A stretch of 64,000 nt of DNA, from contig OX597823.1 of NCBI GenBank assembly GCA_951406725.2, positions 55,180,001-55,244,000 of the forward strand. Reading direction: 5' to 3'. Shown in pieces: positions 1 to 13,272 of the stretch. Below the pieces are notes generated by a model. It worked only from the letters and a program-made list of their open reading frames with translations, was not told the origin of the DNA and did not search any database. The DNA is from Octopus vulgaris (taxonomy: Eukaryota). The translations under genes were made by a program, and so were the position numbers. The first letter of the stretch is position 1, and every line of letters begins with the position of its first letter.

Positions 1-81
1 ATAACTCAAACCGGTTTGAGTTATGGCTGCTCTTCTTTCTAGTGGACTTCTAAATGGCCTATATAGGCCATTCCTAAATTG

Positions 82-139
<58 letters not shown>

Positions 140-204
140 TATACAGATAGGTAGGTAGGTAGGTGGATAGATAGATAGATAGATATGTATACATATGTAT
201 ATAC

Positions 205-1860
205 TACTAGCCATAGATGTGTCGGACGCATACTCAATTGCTGGTCCTGATGGTTTCCCAGCAATCCTCCTCAAATAGTGTTAGCGTGCCCTGGCAAAAC
301 CTCTACAGATCCTCTTCCAGAGTTTTCTTGCAAACGACAGGCTGCGAAGCAAACTGAAGGAGGGAATAATATGTCCAATCCATAAAGGAGGAAGCAAATC
401 AAATGCCAAAAACTATAGGCTTATTACTCTGACTTCACAAAGTCATGGAACGGATAATCAGAGGGAAACTGATCGTATTCCTAGAGGGGAAACAACTTGC
501 TGAGTGATACCCAGCATGGCTTACGACCAGATAGGAGCTGCCTGACCCAGCTCTTACAATATTATAACTGGATGTTGAAGCAGTTACTCAACAACTCAAA
601 AGTGGACGTAATATACCTTGACTTTGCAAAATTTTTCGATGAAGTGGATCATGGTATGATATGCCACAAACTGCGTGATCTTGGCATAGCTGGAAAACTT
701 GGAGAGTGGTTACATGACTTTCTGAAAGATAGAAGTCAGGCAGCAGTGGCTAATGGAGCCTCCTCAAAGAAAAGAAAAATAGTGAGCAGTGTTCCATTGG
801 GCACTGTCTTGGGACCACTGCTTTTCATAGTGGCCCTCTCAGATAATCCCTCAGCCGCCTGGATAGCCACCCCTGCTAGCTACGCAGGCGATACGAAAGT
901 CTCGCAGAAAATACAGAACCCCAGCGATGTTGCGCACCTGCAGCAGGAGTTGGACTCAGTTTACAGATGGGCTGAGGATAATAATAAGCAGTTTAATGCT
1001 GAAAAATTCCAAGCCCTGCGCTCCCAGCGTCCAAAACTGAATATAAAACTTACAGGGTACACTGTTCCACAGGAGATTACAATCCCAGAGCCTAAATCAG
1101 TGAGGGACCTGGTTATCGATATGAGTGATGATACGTCTTTCCAAGTGCACATTACCAGGATGGCTACAAAGTGCCGTCGACTGGCTGGAGGGATCCTGAG
1201 AACGTTCAGAACCAGAGAGAAGGAAACTATGATGGTCCTCTGGAGGACATTCGTACTCAGCCACCTGGACTATTGCTCCCAGCTATGGTCACCCAACAGT
1301 GTAAATTTAACGGCGGATCTTCAAGCAATCCAGCGAAGCTTCACAAAGAAGCTTGTCTCGTTGCAACAGCTCAGCTACTGGGAAAGGCTGAAACAGCTAA
1401 GACTCTACTCCCTGGAGCGAAGGCGGGGGTGGTATGCAGTAATATTCATCTGGAGGATTCTGGAAGGAATTGTGCCAAATTTTGGCATTGAGAGCTACAC
1501 CAATGCCAGAACGAGTCTACACTGCACAGTTCCAAAGATCCAATCAATGCCATCGCGTTTCAGGACCAGTTACTGCAACAGCCTGGGTTACTGGGGCCCA
1601 CAGCTTTTTAATATTCTCCCAAAGAGCCTGAGAGACCTACAATAAGTGGATGTAGGTGTTTTCAAATCGAAACTGGACCTCATCCTGTCGAGAGTTCCAG
1701 ATGAAGTCACCTCGCGGGAAGAAGTGCAAATGAGGGTAGCGACACCAAACTCCCTTTTTCACCAAATGTCACATATTAGATAAGGCTCTCAATAATAACA
1801 GTGAAGCAAAACGACGATGCCCCAGCATAGTCGCAGCTCTGAGCTGAAACTACAAAAATT
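205..1860 (+). mobile_element. 5'-truncated, inactivated CR1/L2-group non-LTR retrotransposon (RT and C-terminal region; ORF 497-1645)
   Basis: Translation gives AGPDG..PIHKGG..NYR upstream (with stops and a frameshift), then QHG.R, YLDFAK.FD.VDH, VP.GTVLGPLLF, catalytic YADD mutated to YAGD, and the CR1-like tail LSYWERLKQLRLYSLERRR and QLFNILP. Confidence 0.9.
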
Positions 1861-1870
1861 ATATATATCA

Positions 1871-2386
1871 CTAGCAGTATCGCCCGGCGTTGCTCGGGTT
1901 TGTAAGGGAAATAACTATATAAGCATTTTTAGAGAGTTACTTCCTTTATAGATGCCAATTCGGGCTTTCTTAGCCATTTCTGTTTTGGTGTCTTCAAGCC
2001 ATGAAGTCGTTGTTCTAAAAGAACGCTGGTCTCCTTGACAACGCATTACGACGTTGATTTCCTTAAACTCCCTTCCCCACAGCTTCACGAGGGAGGGAAG
2101 AAGGGGAGAAGCAAACACAGGTGCAGGTGTTTGAGCGTGGACGCCAACTCCGCCGCCATCGACACACGAAAAATTATGCATTAAAATGGAATAAAAAATG
2201 ATGTTAAATTATTTTTAAAATCGTAGACTCATCGTAGACGCGCGCTAATAGTCAGACGGGCTCGATATTAATCACGACTATAAGATACCCGAATTTGGTT
2301 AAACTGCACCGCAAAATGTGGGAGGAGTTAGGAATCTAAATCGTAGGAGACAGACACTCACACAACTACAGTTTTATATATATAGA
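1871..2386 (-). mobile_element. Non-autonomous Helitron
   Basis: Minus strand reads A|TCTATATATATAAAA...CCCGAGCAACGCCGGG (hairpin) CGATACTGCTAG|T: canonical 5' TC, 3' CTAG, subterminal hairpin and A-T target. A second copy lies at 14394-14768. Confidence 0.88.
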
Positions 2387-4104
2387 TATATATGTGTGAC
2401 TTTAGTATGTTTGTATGTATGTGTATGCGCGCGCGCGCGCGTGTGTATGTGTGTGTAGGAATTTTTTTGAAGGAAATGATTGAAACTGACTTCATAGTAT
2501 CAGTTTACAAGCTCTCATTAGACTAGTTTACTTCATTTTCTCTGCCTTTATATACAGCTTTTGGTAGGGTGACTTTTGCCAGGTGTAGTAATGTAAATGA
2601 AAAATATATATGACATAGGAAGATAGAAGAGGTCGTGTATTAATGTTGGGATGGAAAAGAACAGGACAAAAGTATGTGTTTGTGGTTTATAGGTAGAGAG
2701 AGGTATGTTGGAGTGAATATTTTTTCTTTAATAAGGCAAGTTTACTATAGTATCTGTTCATGTCAGGCTTTTATGTAAATAAACATACTGTCATAGGGTT
2801 TTATACAGCAAAAATGACATGTTCGAGTTACAATTCATGTTTGTTGACATTTTTATTATGACTTGTTGTTGCACTATATTAGGAACATAAAAGAATGTCT
2901 ATAGATAACACCGGTTCAATTATTCAGAGAGCGTAGGTCAGAGAGAGCTCAGTGATAGTGTTGATGTTAAAGGTTTTCTTTTGGGAAATTTTAAGCTGAC
3001 TTTTTTTAAAAGGTGAACTTGATATAGAGTATGTTACTATGAATTAATCATTGGATAATTATAATATGCTTCTGGCATAGTTATTTATAAATATACGACT
3101 ATACAAATATGAATGTAACTACTCATCACTACGTACATATCCAGCTAAATGCATATAGTTGATGCATTTCCCGAACAAAATACATGCATATGTGTGTGTT
3201 TGTGTATGTATTTATATACTTGTGCGGACACACATATGTGTGTGTATGTATGTGTATGTATATATGCATATATGTGTCTATGTATGTATGTATGTATGTA
3301 TGTATGTATGTATGTATGTATGTATATATGACGTGTTACTTTGAAAGCTGAAAAGCAAGATGACAGAGAGATCTGTTACTGGTTTTAGATTTGGATTGAT
3401 TATTATGGGTCACGTAGTGAAATTCAGTACCCTTTGTTAGTTCTAGTTAACATGAGAGAGCAGTAATTTATATGGCAGTTCCTTTCAGCAGTAAAAGGAA
3501 GGTCACTCTGTTGGAAGATACTTGTGAGTTGAAAGGAATTTCTATTAAAAAAAACAAAACATTTGATAAAATACCTTAAAAAAAAATTTGCGATATTAAT
3601 TTTTTAGAAAATTCTTTATATTCATTTGAAAATTTTTAGAAACTATTCTGCTTTGTACTTGAAAAAATACTGTCCTTTCTCTCCAGTAAGTGCAGTTTAT
3701 GTGTTTCTACAACAACAAGGCAATATTTCATTCTCATTTATGTATGGAAGTGCAGTATCTTCACCCCCACCCGTATATGGTTAGAACACCTTGAACATTT
3801 TTTAATTCGATTAAAAAAAAAAACAATTTCATGAAACAGGTCGGTCCTTTCCCAAGAAAAGATTGAACATTTGAGCCTAGTATCTCAAGTGTCTTTGAAT
3901 TCCACGAACGTCAACAGGAGGTACTAAAGGTAATTTAGTACCTCCTGTCACCAGCATTTTGATTTTTTGGAAGTCACACGTTCAAAGACTGAACGAGCAT
4001 GTTTCACACACCTAATAGTTAAGAGTGATTAACCAAGGGATTACACACATATATAAACATACAAGTATTTAGTACTCTGACTGGTATATATATATATACA
4101 TATA

Positions 4105-4268
4105 GGGAGAATTTACAAAATAAAACCCCAAAAGACGAAGACAGGCGTTGTAGACAACAAACAAAAGTATTCGTATAACGCTCAGGAAGTGAAAAAGTCT
4201 TTAACGTTTCGAGCCTACGCTCTGCCACAGAAAGAACACAGAAAGAAACAAGGAGAGAAAAATAAAGA
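4105..4268 (-). mobile_element. Short hammerhead-bearing repeat, family H1 (Penelope pLTR / retrozyme-like)
   Basis: Homologous to 33379-33558 and 63178-63336; shares the 3' end AATTCTCCC followed by (TA)n. Confidence 0.7.
4199..4234 (-). ncRNA. Minimal type I hammerhead-like motif (H1; core CUGUGGC)
   Basis: CUUU-CUGUGGC-A-GAGC(GUAG)GCUC-GAAA-CG-UU-AAAG; palindromic ACGU stem III. Confidence 0.6.
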
Positions 4269-4283
4269 TATATATATATATAT

Positions 4284-4687
4284 CAGGGACGTGCCGCCTG
4301 CGTGAGTAAGGTGGTTAGTGCACCTGAATAAATAGATTGATAGTAACATTTTCCTTTCATGGGAAAATATAGACCTAATTCAATAAAATTATGAAGGCAC
4401 CACGATTACTATGCAAAAAATGCAAAATACCTTTTTTTTTTTTTAAGATTAGGCAAGCATAATTCACTCCTGCCTTTCAATTTCAGTATTAAGACTACGC
4501 ATAGTACTGCTGTCGTATACGTGCTGCGTACTTTCCTGCAACAACGTTTCTTTACGCGCTATAAATGCAGAGGTAATTCTGTCTCCAACTCAGTCGCGCG
4601 CCTGCGTTTCACTTATTTTTTGCGTGTTTTTACTACATAAACATCACCAACTACCTACCTTGAGTAATTACTGACGGCACATGCCTT
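4284..4687. mobile_element. Degenerate hAT-like MITE
   Basis: Imperfect TIRs: CAGGGACGTGCCGCC versus reverse complement AAGGCATGTGCCGTC; no clear TSD. Confidence 0.35.
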
Positions 4688-4696
4688 ATAAATACA

Positions 4697-4732
<36 letters not shown>

Positions 4733-4839
4733 TATATATTCTTTACATGAACACCACCCTGTATTCAACTCCATGTCCCCCTACATGGCCTTGCTATTTG
4801 CTTTTGAGCCAAATTAACTAACTAACTAACTAACTAACT

Positions 4840-4878
<39 letters not shown>

Positions 4879-5052
4879 TATGTTGTTTTGTTTGTTTTCG
4901 TCATTGTCCTGTACGTTCGGTAGCTATTCCCAGTGGCTGTTAACCACTGACACCAGCATAAGTGAATAATATCAACGTTAAAGGCACAAAAAGCCTTGTG
5001 AGTGGATTTGGTAGACGGAAACTGAAAGAAGCCCGTCGTATATATGTTTATA

Positions 5053-5153
<101 letters not shown>

Positions 5154-5169
5154 GTATATATATATATAT

Positions 5170-5273
5170 AAGACAGAATGAGATAACAAATTCAAGGGTG
5201 CGAGGAGTTTTCAGGACGTTTACAATGAAATAGTCTTACATCTGTTTCTGGGATATTATGGATATCCCTTCAT

Positions 5274-5276
<3 letters not shown>
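5170..5276 (-). ncRNA. Short repeat with hammerhead-like motif (5233-5276), 5' arm lost
   Basis: UUGAUGA-A-GGGAUAU(CCAUA)AUAUCCC-A-GAAA-CAGAUG-UA-AGAC; flanked by (TA)n on both sides. Confidence 0.55.
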
Positions 5277-5309
<33 letters not shown>

Positions 5310-5436
5310 CGATTATGAATTCGTTTTACAAGATTCCTAATGTGAAATTGTGTGTGTGTGTGTGTTGAAACAGATATTGCTGTATTTCGGGATGGTCATG
5401 TTTTCTGTTTTCGTTTTTGCTAAATAAACAAAGGCA

Positions 5437-5525
<89 letters not shown>

Positions 5526-6008
5526 CATATATATATATATATATAACTATATTCTGTGTGCTTAAGCATAAAAATTTGTTTTCACAAGTCTTTCTGTTTA
5601 TATCACTATATTATAGTATAGCGCTGAATTCGATATAATTTAAATATATATGCGCCATTTATCACTCTTTTCATCAACTGCGTATATGTATAAATGTTAT
5701 ATACAACATATTCATATGCGATAAATTTCAATTTTTAACACTTGAAATAAACAGACAATTAACAGTTCTATATCTGTACGTGTCTGCGTTTATACACATA
5801 TATGTATGCATATAGACACACACATATATATTTACTTATGTTGTTTATGTACTTACGTGTATGTTTATATAGATACATATACACATATAGATATGCATGA
5901 ATACATATGTGTGTGTTTGTGTGTATATGTATGTATATATATATATACATATATATATATACATGCATATATATATTCATATATATGTCAATACATACAC
6001 ATACACAC

Positions 6009-6099
<91 letters not shown>

Positions 6100-6104
6100 T
6101 ATAT

Positions 6105-6146
<42 letters not shown>

Positions 6147-6262
6147 ATATTTCGGAATGGTCATATTGCCAGTTTAGCCAATAAAAACACACGCACTATA
6201 TATTTGGTGTTATTTTGCTTCAGTGATATTTATTTTTTACATTAATCTTAATCTTATTTCGG

Positions 6263-6302
6263 CCAAAGTTCTTTCGTCACACTCCTGTGACCGCATCAGT
6301 GG
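6263..6302 (-). ncRNA. Hammerhead-like motif (core CUGAUGC) in a repeat ending at 6141 against (TA)n
   Basis: CCA-CUGAUGC-G-GUCACA(GGAG)UGUGAC-GAAA-GAAC-UU-UGG. Confidence 0.6.
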
Positions 6303-6889
6303 TCCTTTGTTTTCTTCTCACTTACTTGTGTCTCTCCTTACTAACCGTCAGCCATTTTGTATTTCTATTGTATGTCTTCATTTGCGCATGCTTATATCTC
6401 TATGTGCGTCTATGTTTATTTAGTGTGTGGGGGGGGGGGGATGTCTGTAATATTTGTATCTTCTGGTTATATACATTCTTGTAATTTGTATTTTGTTTTT
6501 GTTGTTGTTGCTTTTGTTCTAATTTTGTTCATGTGTTTACATCCACCCATTATTATCATTACATATGCTTGTATGTATGTATAACAACAATATTAGTAAT
6601 AATAATAATAAATCTAATCGAGAAAAAAAAAAAAAAAAAAAAGAATATACATATACATATATATATATATATACATACACATACATATACATATATATAT
6701 ATATACATATATACACACATATATACACATATACATATACATATATATACACATATACATACACATAGATATTCATTTCTATTTCTTTAATTACCTGTGT
6801 ATTTATTATGTGACCATTCCGAAATATAACAATATCTGTTTCAACACACGACTTCACATAAAAAATCTTGCACAACAAATATTTAAACG

Positions 6890-6922
<33 letters not shown>

Positions 6923-7592
6923 GTATATACATTCATACATACATATACATTCACACACTCAAACATAGACACTCAAACACACACACATATAAACGAGTGC
7001 AGCAATCGTGTTTTGTTTGACTGCCAAAGTCAATGTGCATATATCAGTCTACACATACGATTCTGACTAAAAATCTATACATAAATTCTGCGGTATGTTA
7101 TATGGAAAGAAAACACGGTTCACGCCACAGTAATTGAACTAGATGCCAAGAATACGTTATAAATGAAAATTTTTGTTTGTCCAGTACTTAAGCCCCTAGA
7201 AATATCATGTTTTATACGTAGTGCCTCCAGGGACAGCTAAAGAGAGTAGTTTTTATCTGTTCACATATTTGTCAGAGATCATCTCTGACAACAAATTCCA
7301 AGACAGGGCTGAATCTAGGCGGCCTGATTTCTTTTCTTTCTTTCTGCTCAGGAAGGTATTTCAATAAATACAGCCGATAATTTTATACATCTGTGTACGC
7401 ATGTAGTAATAGCTTCAAAATTCATATCTGAAAACCTGGTAATACCATCTATTATACATACATGCAAATGTATATATATATATATATATATATATAGATA
7501 GATAGATATAAAAATAGATACAGATATGTATATGTATATATATATATATATATATGTATATGTATATATATATGTATATGTATATATATATG

Positions 7593-7629
<37 letters not shown>

Positions 7630-8370
7630 ATGTACATATATATACATATATATATATATATGTAGATTTAGAAAAAATGTTGCATATATATAGTCATATA
7701 CATACATGTATATATATACACACACACATTTATAAACATATATACATACTTACACACACACACCAATGTACATATGGTTATGTGCCCACACAGACAAACA
7801 CACATACACACACACATATATATATATACATAAACATATCTATAGACACATATCTATCTACCTGTCCATCTATCTATCCATCTATATATATATATATATA
7901 TATATGGATATAGGCCTTTTACTGTATTCAATTGCTTTCAATTGTTTGATAATGCCCACTATATTTTCTCCATATACTATATTGCAGTTTGTAGTTTTGT
8001 AGCTTAGTTTTTGCTTTGGGTTTGTATGATGTTTGTGTATTTTGTATTTGTATAGAAAATTTTTTGTATATATGTTTAATGTAATTCGTACAATAGGAAC
8101 CTATCACATCTGTTTGTGTTTTTTGTGTATAATGTCTATGATAAAATACCATAATAGCATAGTACTAAGAATGTCTGTAATTCCTGTCTGGAATACAAGA
8201 ATATGTCTGCTAAATTGATTAATGGTGGCATTGGGAAGCAAGTATCAAGAGTTTGGTGTACTGTTTTGCTTCAAGTAGATTCTTTGTTGTGACTTTATTA
8301 AACAAAACTCATGCGTATTTTTACTGACACAACCACAAGCAAGTAGGCTTGAATATAAAGTAGATACACA

Positions 8371-8432
<62 letters not shown>

Positions 8433-8461
8433 CATATATATACATATATATGCATGTATGA

Positions 8462-8512
<51 letters not shown>

Positions 8513-8707
8513 AATATATCATATATATATCATATACATACATACATCTATATATGTATGTATATAGATGCGTGTATATGTATGTATATTTGTGTGTGTG
8601 TATGAGGGACAATTTGCGCCTGTGTATTGAACTATACCCATAATTCATCGCAAGTCGTATGCGTAAATGTCTCATGTGGATATATATATATGTATGTATG
8701 TATATAT

Positions 8708-8792
<85 letters not shown>

Positions 8793-9283
8793 TGTGTATT
8801 TGTGTGTATGTCTGTGTGTGTGTGCGCACATACATACATACATACGTATATGCATATTAGTTATAATTCGTTTAAAGACATACTTGCATATACACACATA
8901 CATAGATACATACACGTGTTTTTATATGAAAACAGATAAATAGATATGCGCGCATACACACACATACACACACACACACACACGCACACACACACTCTCT
9001 CTCTCTCTCTCTCCCTCTCATACACACACACACATACACACACGCACACTCACGCACTCACTCACACGCACATATAATTTATAAGTTCTTTCACAAAAAC
9101 CAAACTAAGCAATATATTGTGTCGAGAGAATATACTTATAAAACGGTTGATAAACATTACTACATTCTCTATGTTTACATTTCATGCTGAACAGTATATG
9201 CTTCATGGAATGTTAAGTGGAGAATGTCTCCCTCTTTCTCTCTCTCTCTCTCTTTCTCTTTCTCTCTCTCTTTCTCTTTCTCT

Positions 9284-9378
<95 letters not shown>

Positions 9379-9463
9379 TGTGTGTATGTGTATTATTTTA
9401 TATCATATATCTATAATTTTATATGACATAATGTAATATAATATAATATGATATCATATATAT

Positions 9464-9499
<36 letters not shown>

Positions 9500-9533
9500 A
9501 TCATTTAATACACACATTTAATCATTTAGAAAA

Positions 9534-9622
9534 GATCTACTAATAGTTTCACGCTTTAGAGATACAATCATTTGGTAAATTTATATAACATGCCGTGTAT
9601 CTCTAAGCAATCTTTCAGGATC
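9534..9622 (-). ncRNA. Hammerhead-like motif with long stem II
   Basis: GAUC-CUGAAAGA-UUGCUUAGAGAUACA...UGUAUCUCUAAAGCGU-GAAA-CUAUUAG-UA-GAUC; 11-bp perfect helix in stem II; one extra A in the core. Confidence 0.6.
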
Positions 9623-9847
9623 AGTGCATATCGTTAGATGTATTTGCAAACCAGGACGCTGATCTTTGAGAAAACATGAGAAATAGCGTGGAGAAAAAAA
9701 AAACGTAAAGCAAAAAAAAGAAAAAAAAATGAGAGGAAAGTTGATGCAAAATGTGAAACGAGAAAAAAGGAAAGATAAGAAAGAAAACTAATAAATTTGT
9801 CGTCTTTGTCTGTGGAAATCATAATTAATCTATGTATTATAAACACG

Positions 9848-9881
<34 letters not shown>

Positions 9882-9914
9882 ATCACACAATTATATACTT
9901 TTTATAATAATATT

Positions 9915-10470
9915 GAGTGAGAAAGCAGTGCATGCCATCAAAGTGACACTGGGGTAGAATATACGAAGCCCAGTATACCCATCATGACTACCCGTCTGAT
10001 AAGGATATACCAGGCACATGCATCACAACTATATGTGTGCAACATAGTGACTTTATGTCAAGACAAGCAACATATGACCTTGCAGGTGGGGCCCAGTTAG
10101 AATTTTCTTCAGGTTGAGTAGACCTAGACCATCCCGCCCAAAAGGTCTCTGATTAAAGGTTGCTTAAGGATGTTGAACGAAACACCCATGTTTCCAGAGG
10201 TGAATTATTCAAACCCTAGAGAATTCTTCTCGGCACATGACTATGATGTTCCCCCAGTACTTCTGCTCGTGATCAGAGATGCACATATCGTCAGCGACCA
10301 AGGGACAGGCTTAACTGGTTAAAATCAAACAACTGACAAGCAAATCTGTGGTATTGGGCAGAATATTTGCTGTAGCCCATTTTTTATACTAATACAAAAC
10401 GTACTTAATAATACTTCCAAACTGTTAAGATTAGAAGCCATGAGAACCAGTGCCTGGTACTGAAGCAGGG
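9915..10470. repeat. Unclassified interspersed repeat
   Basis: About 250 bp shared with 56360-56603 (CATGACCTTGCAGGTG..CCAGTTAGAATTTT..GGTGAATTATTCAAAC..GATCAGAGATGC). Confidence 0.7.
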
Positions 10471-10471
10471 C

Positions 10472-10621
<150 letters not shown>

Positions 10622-11074
10622 ATCCGCCTTAGCGAAGGCGGAGATATTCTTTTCAGTTGTGTTTGTTTGTTTGTCTGTGGACAAGAACCGCTGGATGAAT
10701 TTAAATGAAACTTTCTGGGATGTTTGGCATTGTGACTAGTACGAACTGATTAGATTTTGGGATCGATCCGTTACAAGGATTCTGTATTATTTGCTATATT
10801 TACTTTATTTTACATGATTACGATCTCACGTTGACTTTCAAGTCTTTCTCAATTCTCTCCCTTTAGGATGTTTCCAAAGTTTGGTTTTCGTTTCTCTATT
10901 ATCAATATTATTCGTGTCTCTAGCTTAGTAGAAACTGATGTTTTGTACAGACTACTGTTTGTTTTAGTTCTTGCAACCATTCAGCATACCATTCAGCATC
11001 CCTCTCGCGCTCCTTGTCTTTGCTCAAGATGTCACTCCAAAACCTTTGACTTTCAATGTTGATAACAGATATTA

Positions 11075-11142
<68 letters not shown>

Positions 11143-11511
11143 TTCGGATTGTCCTGATGGTGACTAGCATTCATGGGTTTACGTCAGCGAAATTTGAAGA
11201 TAAAAACCAATACCTCTTTGCGTTTCAACTGAGTTATGTCCCGATACGCCAATGGCCAATTTGCATTTTGTACCTCAAGAGATCCATTAAATAAATATCA
11301 GAGATAGTACTTTGCTCGATATAATCGACTAAGACACTAGAAGACGGTACCCCAGCAAAGCTGCTGTCCAATAACTGAAACTAGTAAAATAGAAGAAAAG
11401 AAGAATTAACGCAAAACCCTGTTATTCTCTCAGGGGAAGTAGAAATGGAAAGTTTAGCATAAGGAGAAATCAGAAATAACTGCCTCTTTTCTTCTCCCAT
11501 TTTTTCTTCCA

Positions 11512-11654
11512 GCCTCGTTCTTTGTCTCCCCCTTCTCTCTCTCTCTCTTTCCCTCATCCTCTCTCTCTGTCACTCTCTCTCTCTCTCCCTCTCTGTCTTT
11601 CAAAGCCTGCGTCTCCGTTCTTTGTCTCCCCCTTCTCTCTCTCTCTCTTTCCCT

Positions 11655-11696
<42 letters not shown>

Positions 11697-11753
11697 TTCA
11701 AAGCCTGCGTCTCCGTTCTTTGTCTCCCCTTCTCTCTCTCTCTCTCTTTCCCT

Positions 11754-11794
<41 letters not shown>

Positions 11795-11931
11795 TCTGTC
11801 TGTCTTTCAAAGCCTGCGTCTCCGTTCTTTGTCTCCCCCTCCTCTCTCTCTCTCTTTCCCTCATCCTCTCTCTCTCTCTCTCTCCCTCTCTGTCTGTCTT
11901 TCAAAGCCTGCGTCTCCGTTCTTTGTCTCCT

Positions 11932-12000
<69 letters not shown>

Positions 12001-12031
12001 TCTGTCTGTCTTTCAAAGCCTGCGTCTCCGT
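11512..12031. repeat. Compound minisatellite, about five units of ~100 bp
   Basis: Unit TGTCTTTCAAAGCCTGCGTCTCCGTTCTTTGTCTCC..(CT)n..TTTCCCTCATCC(TC)n, with variable CT tracts. Confidence 0.9.
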
Positions 12032-12689
12032 TTTGGTTCAAGCCGAAGTTTACTTTTTGATCTGTGGCACTCGATCGACCTTAAGTTGAAGCAATATAGA
12101 TTTTGGAAACTTTCAGCACCAAGTCATATCTGAAGAATACCGTGTTTGATGAGAGGCGAGGATTAAACTTCACTTTTACTTTCACTTTCGCGTACAACCA
12201 GAAACACACACGCACACACACACTACATACATACACACACATACACACACACACGCATTCACCCAAAAGCTCATACACACAGGCACATAGGCATGCACAA
12301 AAACACACATTCATAAACGCAGAGGGTGTGAAAGACTGTCCATTTCATACATTCTCTTAAGAGGATTAGCGAAGCTTTTAAGCGATTATAACAGATCTCA
12401 ACATGGCAAGTTTTAAATTAATTTATTTATTTGTTTTTGTTTACTGAATATAAAAAAAAAGAAATAAAAAAGAAAATGAAAAGCAAAGGAAAAGAAAATT
12501 ATTTTGGCACGAGTTAACGGAGTCAAATAGAATTTTTATAAATGGTTTCTTTGCTGTAAAGGATGTGGGACTACGAAGGGTCCTTGGCGGTTCGTTTCGT
12601 ACCGCTCAACCGTCATCTGTTTATTTCTAGCTTATGTCGTTGTTATTGCTGTTGTTTAGCAACAGGCTGGCCTCGATGAAATAAGCCTA

Positions 12690-12956
12690 TGTTTTATCCT
12701 TTATCTTTCTTTCACTTGTTTGGGTCATTAGGTTGCGGCCATGCTGGAGCACTTACCTTGAGGAATTTCTAGTCGAATGGATCGACCCTAGTGATAACTT
12801 TTTTTATTATTTTAAGCCTGATACTTCATATCAGTCTCTTTTGCTGAACCACTATTTTTTACGGGGACGTAAACACACCGATATCGGTTGTCAAGCGCTA
12901 GTGGAGGACAAACACAAACACACATACACATATATGTATAAATACATACATACATG

Positions 12957-12988
<32 letters not shown>

Positions 12989-13042
12989 GAGAGAGAGAGA
13001 CAGACAGACAGAGATGGAGAGACAGAGAGAGGGAGAGAGAGC

Positions 13043-13106
<64 letters not shown>

Positions 13107-13272
13107 TACGACGAGCTTCTTTCAATTTCAGTCTATCAAATCACCTCACAAAGCTTTGCTCGGCCCGAGGCTATAGTAGAAAACACTTGCCCAAGATGCC
13201 ACGCTGTGCGACTGAATCCAGAACCATTTGGTTAGGAAGTTAGCTTCTTACCACACAGGCACGCCTGTGCCC
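12690..13272 (-). mobile_element. tRNA-derived CORE-type SINE (family S2; OR2-like from recollection) with internal microsatellite
   Basis: Degenerate pol III A/B boxes, CORE-like CTTGGGCAAGTGT, GTTTACGTCCCCGTAA body and CTCCAGCATGGCCGC tail; many copies in the window. Confidence 0.8.

Noticed and set aside
2440-3090. Faint retroelement-like peptides here and at ~7920-8360, ~19900-20440, ~42970-43440, ~46190-46600 and ~47560-47900
   Set aside because: Too decayed to support a call without translated searches.
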